Positions 52,525 to 64,000 of a DNA stretch of 64,000 nt are shown here, piece by piece. The notes beneath the pieces were generated by a model, which searched no databases, was not told where the DNA came from, and saw only the letters and a program-made list of their open reading frames with translations. Source of the stretch: Tubulanus polymorphus. Its lineage: Eukaryota > Animalia > Nemertea. A program made the position numbers and the translations under genes. Where the stretch lies: contig NC_134030.1 of NCBI RefSeq assembly GCF_964204645.1, positions 5,312,778-5,376,777 on the forward strand, given 5' to 3'. Position 1 is the first letter of the stretch. Every line of letters starts with the position of its first letter.

Positions 52525-55500
52525 GTAAGTAAAAATGTCTCTTTTATTTTATTACTTACGATATAGTAGGGAGCTATAAAATCACTTCACGCCTGTAAAT
52601 GGCTATCCCGGGTCATAAACTGTTCTTTAACGTGTATACTGCGGCTATCAATCCCCGCTACATCATGATAGCGACTAATTTACTGGCTGACTTTAATTTA
52701 GCCAATGTTTATGACTTATGGTATATGACATCACAGCTACTTAGTTTTTATGTAAGGCTCCCCTATGATATCATTAATGTTTAAGTGTCTCGTATATAAC
52801 TTTAAACGAGGGATTCGGCGCGCTACGTCGGTAGTGTGTCGGTGTATGTACACCATTGTATCATGTCGGGCTTCATAGTATTTTTGCGTGCGTATTTCTA
52901 ATTCACTTTTACCTTAAACGTATCTCCCGCACCGTAACATCGACGCCGTATAAATTATTCATAGAAATAATTGATGAAAAGCGCACACGGTCACAGCATA
53001 GGATACTTCGAAGCGAACTGGATTAGTAGGTTCTGAAATTGAAAATGTGTTCTATTTCGAGCATACTTTTTTTCGAAAACGTCGAATGTTTTTTTTTTGG
53101 TATATCGCACAAAATAAGCATCTATTTGATCGTAAGCGGTCGTGGTCTCTGGCCTCTTTTGACTTTGAGCGTGGGTGCACACCATATGCAAAAGCAATTA
53201 TCGCTCTTGCGCTCTCATATTGAATATTTTATCAGCAATAAAATACCTTCGAAGATTAATGCCATCATCAAAAACAACATCGTGAAAACGCGCCCATGAG
53301 TTCATCCACACAGTCATTGTATCCGGACTCAATCGCGATATGTATTTGTAAACACAAAAATGCCCTATTTTATAATTCCTTCTTTCGCGTTAGATACAAC
53401 AAAACACGTCAATGTTACTAGAACTGCTAGGTTATCGCGAATAAACCTAGGTCACCGAAGTTAAACGAAACAGCCAGGCGGCGACATCAAAGGCTTCGTT
53501 TATTGGTTTATGACCATCATCTTTTGTCGCGATTTTGATCGTAGTCTGGCGGTAGTTCCGCCATCTTCGGCTGGAAATGTCCTCGGCAACCCCCGTGAGA
53601 ATCGTTATCAGACATGTTTTCGCTGACGATGACTGAGCGATTCACTATGTTCATATATCTAAGATTATGAAATGAAATACTGATGATAGATGAAGCTGGG
53701 AAGGATTTAAGCTCAGATCTTTATAGCCAGGCCTAGCTACCAATAGATTTAAAGTTGCGATACATCTCATAGAATACCACAGAGTTCATTCTCGGATTCG
53801 TCGCGTGTTTGAACTTTCAGGAGGAATCTCCTGTCTATTGTACTTATTTCATCAATGAAAATATCCACTGAATAGACGTTATCATAAGCATAGCACAGCC
53901 AGGGAATTTCGGCCGTAAATAAACGCTGCTAATTGGAGATTTTTCTAATATTCCGCGGGACGTTGTTCATAGGCAAGGATTAGACAAACAATTGCCCTCC
54001 GGTCGGCTATAAATCGTTTATATTGAGCTCGGCTAATGTTCGCTAATGTTCGGCAGTGTTCGGTGCAAAGCAATTCGCAGGAGTGGATACGTACACAGAA
54101 ATATGCACAGATACTATACCGAGCGATTTCTGTTGACAAACTCTCAACTTCCGTAGTAGAAATTATCGTAGAAAAGACTCGAGATATTCGGCTTCGGGCC
54201 CTGAGTGAAGGTGGAACCGACTTTTGATAGTTTATTCATCAATATATGTATAAGATCTGCCAATCTGCCCTACATGATTGATAGGACATCCCCGAGCCTA
54301 AAGGCTGCACCAATAAAAGGGGATTCGAATGAGGAGATCGTAATCGCCATTCATAGTTTTACCGTTTTTATTAGAAGCTATTTTACTTACTCTACACTAC
54401 ACTATTTTACATTTGCGGGTCATGTTCAAAGGCTCTAGTATATATGAAGTATAAAACCACCATCTGTGGAAACTGTTTGCTATACGAACATTAGCATTTT
54501 TAACCTAGCGATAAAACGGTTCACGGAATTGTCCCTTTATGGCATACGCCGTCATGTACGCACCCGTCACATTTCAGCGTGAAGTCAAAGTCCCAACATG
54601 CTTAATTATAGAAAATATAGAACCTCGATTGATTATCAAAAGAACAATATTTTTTAGGAGGAAGAGTACTTAAAAAGTGCGCTAAAGAAGTAAATAATCA
54701 CTCAATGAACACACGCGACCGAAGATAAATGAATATGATACCGAGTAAAAAAGCTGCGATATCAAATTCATTTAGTTCATGCTAACACCGATAAAAGCGT
54801 AACTGCAATATTATTCATCAGTGACATACACCGTGCCTGCATTAGGTCGCTCGTTCTTTTCTCATTCAATATACACAACGACGATAAATCAAATTAATGT
54901 GAACGCACCGAGAAGGCCCTGGTACCTTGGCATAAATACTGCGCTGTCAAAGCAATGTTGTGCGCTAGCAAACAGGCCATATCTCCCGGGGTCTAGCGTC
55001 GCCCCGGCCACACTCGCACTCGAGTGAGGACACGGTGTGCTTAGGCTTCCTGTTACCACAAGTTACCCGATAGGCGACGCGCCATTCGATGCTACATAGT
55101 GATTCCTTTCATATCCCCAAACTTAAAGATTCTCCCAGGGGTTATTGTATGGGATCTCGCCGCGCCTTCGTAACAATTCCCTATTTTTTAATACGCCTTA
55201 CGTCCACGACGTTTCAAGCGGAAGTTACAAATGTTCGGCCGTGGCTGTGTTAGCCGATTGCGCTCGCCATCTGAGAGACGTAATCGGCGCCGGGTCGCTG
55301 TAGCGTAGCCGAATAACGGCCTTTTACTGCCAAGCGTGAGATTGACAATTGATGACTCACAAAAGCCTTCGACGCCATTTTGCGCAAAGCGACGACACAA
55401 TCCATGTGATTTCTACCTAGCTGGAAATTGTTTTAATTATAGATACATTAATCTTTACGCGTTATAGTAATATGTGGGTATGATCGCGCTGGATTTATGG

Positions 55501-55571
55501 CTTTTGTCATGAAGCTGTTGAAATATATTATCGCGACAAATTTTTCTCTATTACCCACTTAACACCGGTGA

Positions 55572-55937
<366 letters not shown>

Positions 55938-57625
55938 AATGTATACGTAGCGCGCATCCTCCAAGGATCTCATTGTTTAGTATACCTCTGTGTAATGAAA
56001 TCGTCAGTGACGTCACAGCGTCCCTGACCCTCTACTAGTCTGTGCTCCTATGAGACTGTCGTGTCGCATCCCATCTCATTGCAAGGACCGGTGTGAGTTT
56101 TTTCTGCGAACGATTGTTGTTAACTATATCGGCGAACTGTATAGTTCACAGTCCGGTATAAAGACTTATTCGGATGAAGCAGAGATTTGTGTTTGCGAGG
56201 TTGAAGCTTACCCAGGAAACGCTTGAAAGGCGCCAACGCCTCTTAATGACTATATGATATCGTCGTAGGTCCCAAAAATTGCCAGAATTACGAAATATGT
56301 GTAACTTTCTGTTCAAGTAATGATAAGTATGTACGTTGTATGATTGTAATTTCGATGCAGAATACAAACAAAGTGTTTGACTCCCTCAAAACTGTCCAAT
56401 TACTTATGGTTGTGTTAATGTTGGCCTGATGGGGGTAAATGCATGGGTACCACATTGAAACTTACCAAACTTGATCACCGTAAAAGGTCTTTGGGGAAAA
56501 AGACGAGTAAGTGGATGACGATAGGGTGGATAAACCTGTCATTCATGTAGGGTGATTGGAAATGAATGCTTGACGATATCTTAGATGTTTGACTGTATAA
56601 AATATAGTAAAGCATTGTACGATCATTTGTTTTTTTGGTTTTTATTCAACCCGAACGCGCACACGTAGATGTATTTTCTTTTTTTTTTGAAATTTCAACG
56701 TTAAGTTTTTGCATTCCAGTTAATGTTTCATTCGTCGAGATATTCTATCCATATCATATAACGCACCTAATTTAGGTATATGCCTGAATTTCTACTTAAA
56801 CCAATATTCGAACCTGATAAATATTGATACCATGTACATAAAATGCCGAAATGAAGTCAGCTACAAGGTTTTCTGATGGTGGCCATCTCGTTATCTTTCC
56901 ATTTGTTGCAGTCTACTCCATCCCGCCAAATAATCAGCTTGATTTCATTCGGGAAACAAAAATGGCTGATTGTACTACGCCAAGCGGTCCAATCGAGGCT
57001 ACAGATACAAAACAATGAACGAGGACCGGGGATCTGATGTACAACATTGAATAATGTAACATTTTGATAATGTTAGTCATCTCTTAAACCTAGAATGCTG
57101 GCAATATTTTGGTAAATTTCGGGTGATTAGATGTCTAAACGTCCAATTTCTAGTCATACGGGACGCGTTTAAGTAATGAATAGGGTTTTTTTGTTGCAAG
57201 GCAGCCTAGCCACGACTACGCGAACGACCACCAAAACCTTGTATAGGGTCGTCTGATAATTTGGCAGTAAAAATATTTATAACCATATGGAATTGGCATT
57301 ATTAATTTATGTAAAAACGGGTAATAGTGATCTATAGTGCGGTACAACTTTTTCGTTTAGTGTCTTATTTTCAGATTATTTTCTATTGAAAAAAAGGATA
57401 AATAATATTGTGAATATCATTTATCGATGCATATGATGTAAAATAATTAGCCAAATACACTACGACTAATAGACGTTGATGCTACCAAAAATACATAAAA
57501 AAGTTAACAGTGAATGTATGAAATTTGTGAAATACATATGAAGCTCCTTTGTGTATTTTTGATGCTGCGTTATACAGTGTAAAAGAGTGCTCAAAGAGCG
57601 AAATATAGATTGGAAAAAATGATAT

Positions 57626-57631
57626 AATAAA
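57626..57631 (+). terminator. Likely poly(A) signal of Lox4
   Basis: AATAAA (context ataataaatgtt, as at Post2 8956) ends an AU-rich tract, with U-rich sequence downstream. Confidence 0.5.
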
Positions 57632-60600
57632 TGTTTAGTACTTTATTTATTACTATAGATAAGTTACTTTATAGTTGACGCTGTAGATTATAGTGATCAC
57701 CGGTCGGTGGATTTGGTCGATAGATTTCTACACGTTCGCATCGAGGGATATCTTTTTTAAAAAATCATATCGAGCTCACTTTGGATGAAATCGGCTCATT
57801 ATCATCGTTGTTGTCAGAGGAACCCACCGACTTTGTAAATTCTAAATAATATCATCATTATTAGTCATTACCCAATGCGTTGTCGGCAATTTTGCCAGTT
57901 AATATACCCCAGACACGACAGAACACCTTTGCCGAGGCTGTGCAATTAATGCGACAATGTCGGGTTTGTGCAACGAAGCCATCCTGATGATCAACTCGCG
58001 ATCACGTGTAAACTCCTCGGGCGCTCGTAAATCTCGCGGCGAATTGACGCCGTGTACCGGTAATGGCTGCCGTGAACCGAACGGGAATCGACGGCGCACA
58101 ATAATCCAATCCGCAGACGATTCGGCTGCTAAAACAGATTGATTTTCTTCGGCGTCCGATGCCGGAAAGATGTCGGTGAAGATCAGGCTATTTCATTTCC
58201 GAGACGCACACCAAGGTCGTTTCGATTATCGACGCGTTTTCCTTCACAAAACGAGCTTAGATACGTGACACACGAGCGCCGAAGATTTATTCGAACTGTA
58301 CTCTGAAAAAGGGAAATAGAAAGTCATCGTATTTAACGATCGAATGCACCCGACATTCATTGATCATCCGGTCTGAGAGTGAACGGAATCATGAACGAAA
58401 AATCAGTTGTTTATTGAATTTCTTTTATTCATCACAGTTTAAACGCGGAAAAATACTAGAAACATTAAAAAAAATTACAAACATTTCACGCAAAAATTCT
58501 GAATGATTCATATAATTCTCATTTTTATGAAGGGCGTAAATCTATTTATATAGCTGGCATTTGCGCACTCATAAATAAACCCCACAGACCCAATTATCAA
58601 CTGTTGAATTTGTAGATTTTAGTAAATTATGGCCGGCAATAAAACAAAGTTCATTAGTTTGAATGCGGTTTCTTGATGATCGATGTAACAGATGGTCATC
58701 GCTACTGACCCAGTACTGATACATATGCCAGATCCACACGTATATATTCATACGCATATATGCAGTCGGTAATGTGAAGGTAGGACTGGACAGTGGTGAG
58801 CTTAGACCAAAACCAGCAGGTATGTACATGCACTCAGAAAATCTTTCTCAGTTGAAGTATCATCGATCCCAAAACAAATAGGTAACCGAAGCGTGTTGAT
58901 TTTGTCCGCCATGAACCGCGCCGATAACGTTGTATGTCTGATTATTTTTCTTTCGCGATTTACTGGAGTTGCGTCGAGTTTTGGCATCGGTATCAGGTTG
59001 ACTGAGGTTCTGACTGATTGTTTCAAAATTTATTTGAGTAATGTTGATTTCGGCAACGGCGTGGAATCGGGTCGATGTCAGATAAAGTGAAATATGACTG
59101 TGTACCGCGTGTTTACTGTTTTCCTGCGCAGAGCTGGCTGATCGTTATATTCGCAGGAACATATTTTGGAATATACGCGACAAACGCTGACACGATCGCG
59201 TTCGACCGGTCGTTCGTCTTCTTGAAGGTTGCACCGGCGAAGGAACAAACTAAGAGATACGGTATTCTGAGAAGTTTCCGAGGCACCGCGAAAGCGTCAG
59301 ATGTTCGACGAATAATGGCATCATCTTCCTACTAAACGATGATACAAACACTGGGATAATATATTGGTGTACTCCGGGTACAGTCTAGATTACCGAAGAG
59401 GAAGTAGGCTAATGGGACTGCTAGATAGGCCTGGGTCGTTGGGTACACCTGGTGTTTCTACTTCCCAAACAAAAACCATCTTATAGTCGAAATTCCTTTA
59501 TCCACCGGTCGTCAAAACGGCGATAAAATGCAGGAACAACTTCATACCTATCATAACATTTACCAAATGCATTTACCGAACTTGTATTTACAAAAAGAAA
59601 ATTTCACTTTTACGCTTTGATTTAAATGCATAATTCATTGCGCAATTATGCGTTGTAATCCTATTGAGACCTGCTGTTACCGCCACAGAGCAGACGTGTA
59701 TTATCATCGCAACGGCCTCGCATTTAAATCATTCTACCCGAATATTTCCCATTGATAATAAGGTCCTGCACGGCTGCTCCCTGATTTCGTTGAGCTGCTC
59801 AATCTGCATTCCATCTACAAATTCGTTATAAATCATCGCTCGATTCGTTAAAGAATCATCTACCAGTGGTTTCCATACGCCGTATTTTGTCGCTCTTAGA
59901 TAAAACCCGAAAAAAAATGGAAATACGTCGTACGAACTAAATTATGAATAACGGCGACGTAATAATCCCGACTTTTCACGATCACAGCGTCGGATATGAT
60001 CATCTTCGTAATAAGCGGACTTGCTTTTTTCAGCGTTATTATATTCTTTATTGTTACGACAAACACTCTCCTACATCGCGAGTAAATCAACGCCACTAAC
60101 CGCCGTTGATTCGCTACTTTCGGTTGTAAAGTTGTCTCACTAAAAGTTGTAAACCATAAGCGATGGGGCCAATTTGCGCGTACCGGAATTATTACCACGC
60201 CGGGGTGGAGTATTTTATCATTACAAAACCTAACTGTAATACAGTGAATCGAGCTGTTAATTATTTATTACTATACTTGCGCCGGTTGCTCTGGGGCTCG
60301 GTGCCGGGGAGAAAAACACATAATTTAATTTAACGACCAGCTATTACTAAGGCTGTTTTTATTTTACTATTATCCTAGAGTTATTGCGAGTCACGTGGGG
60401 TCGTACGTTATCCCAGAAATATGAGTGTATTAAGCGGTTTGTCCGGTCGTAGATAAGCTCACTGAATCCCGGTCTTCGGCGACAGACACCGGCCGATGCG
60501 TGGATTAGTGACCGCGATATACGACTTCAGGATGTACCCCTGGGCCATGGTTTTTTCCTAAACCGACTAGTCGAATGGATTTATCTTGTCATACGCTCGC

Positions 60601-63600
60601 CGACTCTCCAGATTCCCCGAGCCGAACAAAGGTGAGTTCAATGTCCTATATATCAATTTATTCGCTTGATAGTTTTCATCGTCATTTTTTATCGTCGTCG
60701 TTATCGTCATCTATGATAAGCGCCCGGATATTGATTATGTCGGCGCGTATGGGAGGTCACCGAGGGATTTTTCTCCGACTATTCTCCGACGGAGGGAACC
60801 AAAAAAGGCACACGCTGGAACCGAACGGCCGGTGACCGGAAATGCATCACGTGTGCGCTAGTTGTTTTCGGCGTGTTAACGTGACCTTGACCCCTGTTCC
60901 GGTTAGCAAGGATGACGACAGCTGAATATCTCACGTACGGCGCAGTTTTTCCTCGTATTATTCGAAGGCCGCGAAGATTAACGTTTTCGATAAAAAAATG
61001 TACATAGATATGAAAAAATACGCGATGTTTTAATAATTTCGACATCTGTGGCCGAATATTTAAATCCCACAGAATATAAGCATATCGTACAGACTGCTCT
61101 CATGAACCCATTTCTATACAATCCCTCCATTTGAATAATAACTCGCCTTTTTGTCAGAGTACATGGATCTAATATAATGCTAATGTGACCTGCACTGGAT
61201 GCCCTGTTTTTTTTCTACGGCGCTTGTGCACACGGCTCTCGGGTATTACGTCAGAGCGATTCCTCTTCGCTGGTAACCATGTGATTAAGACGTGCGCGAT
61301 GGATAGCTACGAGCCGAATCAACAGGAATTGATCACGTGGAAATGGACTGGAATGAATAGGGGGAAATTCCTATTAATCCTAGAAGGTCGTTAGTTGCCA
61401 AAAAGATCGAGGTTTTATTTCCTATTAGACACAGAATGCATCGTCGTCAACTAAGTTCAAAAACTTCGGCCACTGGAAATTAATTACCTTAAATTTGATC
61501 GATATGAATCTTTACTGTGAAATTCTCATTACTTATTCTAAAATTTAGTGTACATAGATGGTTTGGTTTAACCTGATGTATTCATTAACTATGCAAACGC
61601 GGCGCATCGTCGCATGAAACTGGGGGGTCTTGTGTCGAAATGAACGGTCACCCGGCGTGCGCGCATGCTGTATCTTCAGCCGAAATGTCTCGAATAAATC
61701 ACGAGGAAAAGGCCCTCGGATATCTAAGATCGAACTTGGGAGATATTCCACGCTGGAATGATCGTAAGTCGTAAAAAGACAAAAGCCAGAGACATGCCGG
61801 GCATGTCGTGTAATTAATGTCCATTTGAGACCCGGTGACTTTCGTATTTTTCTAAGACACTATCTTTCGCAGGAGCACACGGTTTGTTCGTTCACTTATC
61901 ATTTCGTAAGATAAGGCACAATTTGAAAGCGGCGTAGGAAGTTGTATTTTGATAAAGATAAATTCGTCGCGCGCAGCTCACGAAGTTTGTACGTTCTATA
62001 AGGGCCTTAGAACGTAACGCGAAAAGCTTCTTACAAATACTGGCCACATGTTGCATGGAATAATGTCAAAAACAGTGCAACAGAATGTTTGAACAATTCA
62101 AGTAAAATCGATCTTAAGCAGAATTCGAAATACGTAGAACTAATCACAAAAGCGTTCGTTGCGATTCTAGTGTGTATTCAGGTTATAGTTGATGTACTCA
62201 AAAAGTAATCATAGCACAGCTTGGACATGGGTGTTATTGCCATTGAAAATTCATTATTGAACGTCTTATTCTTATATGTCACATGAGTTAAGATAAATAA
62301 ATCACCGAATCAGTCAATCAGGAATGCGTGTATTTCGTGTGTTTAGATATAATTCATACTATCAATACTATCAATAGATATAAAAAGAATATAATTCTGA
62401 CTATTTCGAGTATGTACGGACGGATTTAGAAGGACTATGCTATAAACGCTCCTTTGATAGTTTTATGGGGCAATTAATATAGATTCACATAGATTTTATT
62501 TCCGAAAGTTTCGAATCAGTAATGGCATAGATTGATTAGAAAACAGATGAATTAATTTCACGTTTAAAGCAAATAATTTACTAAAATTGTTAAAAGTGAT
62601 TTCGAGCATGCTTCTGTGAATGAAAGTCATTTATTTTGTTTCTTTGTTTGATCGTTCATTACCGGTTGAAACAAGTGAATTCTAATTCCCAATACAATTT
62701 TGCTCGGACTAGAGAAGAATGGTTTCAGCCTGTGTACAGGTGGTTAATGACGTTATGAGCTCTGCTTTTAATCAGCGAAAAAACGTAAGTCGTCGATCTT
62801 TTATGAAATGAATAATAAATACATCATGACGTGCTCGCAGTTACGAGCGATTAAAGGTTTTTAATGTCGATTTAAGCCACTTTTTCAATAAATTTCATAA
62901 TTCATTTGTCACAGCTCGTGGTCGGAATCTATTGAAACATTACTTGTAACTGTACCTATATTGGACATTTTCCAATACAATTTTGGCAAGTTTTGACCTC
63001 GAAATAGGGAAATGTACGCTTTTAGTTTGCAGATGTGAATTGATCTTGCGCTCGTGTTGGTGTGTCCCTTACGAGTCTACCACACACCTGTCGGGACCGA
63101 AAATGGGGGTTTGATTTTGAAATCGGAAATCGAAGTAAAGATACAGTTGTGGTCGGCGGGAATCGGTATAAATTGGTTAATTTTTGCTTGATACAATGTA
63201 ACGGATCAAAGGAATTCAAAATCTATTTTTTACAAAACGGCAACCGCAATTCAAAGACTTGTCGGTATAGCGTGGTCGTGACAACTTATAGGATCATTCT
63301 TTATAAATACAACCAAATATCATAACTAGGACTCTTTAGATGCGCTATACAAAATACATTTTATGGATAACGCAAAAAATGGCGGCATGGGGACAAAGTG
63401 CGCGGAACAATACACGAATGTGAATCGCCTAGTTTCATGAATATGCATGCCTATAGTATTCGAAAGACGAATCGGCTTCGAGTGAATGCATTTCAGATAT
63501 TTCTAAAATGATTTCGCTGTGTTGCTTTTAGATTTTTTCGATTTGATTTTCTAATTGATCACCCTTTTCCACTCAGCATGCGATTGAGTGCTTTCACAAA

Positions 63601-64000
63601 TGATGCAATATCCTTTAATGAGTGATTCTTGAGTACACTCTGGAGAATTTCCGTCGAAATCGTGGAAATTACCTAATCTTAAGGACATTCTTATTAATTC
63701 TTAGAATTTCCATCGCTCAAATATCTATTGCTGCATGAGACAAACTCACTAAGGATCCTCAGAACGTTTGAACATATTCAAACCGTGCCATGAACATTTT
63801 CAGGAAATAAACCAGTTCTTTTGGCAATACTTTTGTTTCATAATGAGCAACCTGGGTAACTTTTTTCTTGTTTGTGAAGCAAAAGATTAGTGAATTTAGT
63901 CGACCATGGATGCACTAAAATGAATTGAAAATGTACGCACGGCACTAGGTTCTTACCATACCATAAGAAACTTTTTTTTTCACGAATTTACTTCTCCTTT

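Noticed and set aside
55941-55949. GTATACGTA, complementary to iab-4/iab-8 seeds, after the Lox4 stop
   Set aside because: Only 3 nt past the stop (ribosome shadow), low-complexity near-palindrome, and no iab miRNA seen.
56021-56042. TCCCTGACCCTCTACTAGT, vaguely miR-125-like
   Set aside because: Seed differs and there is no complementary arm.

Overview
Animal (spiralian/lophotrochozoan) genomic DNA covering the posterior-central part of a Hox cluster. Three homeobox genes lie on the + strand in canonical posterior-to-anterior order: the last (homeobox) exon of Post2 (5440-5699; upstream exon outside the window or undetected), two-exon Lox2 (34032-34449 + 36178-36506, 248 aa) and two-exon Lox4 (51993-52524 + 55642-55937, 275 aa). 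The main unexplained signal is a pair of miR-10-family hairpins in the Lox2-Lox4 interval. One is on + at ~50198, about 1.8 kb upstream of Lox4. The other, at ~45171-45241, folds on both strands: the - strand gives a canonical miR-10 seed, and the + strand gives a variant 5p arm (UACACUGUA...) whose 9-nt perfect complement lies just before the putative Lox4 poly(A) signal. This suggests a sense/antisense Hox microRNA module analogous to arthropod iab-4/iab-8. The non-coding DNA is CpG-rich and poor in large transposons. It carries dense Hox/Cdx/Pbx motif clusters, CTCF-like and YY1/PHO-like sites, small Harbinger-type MITEs and local tandem duplications. All calls are by eye; no searches or folding programs were run.
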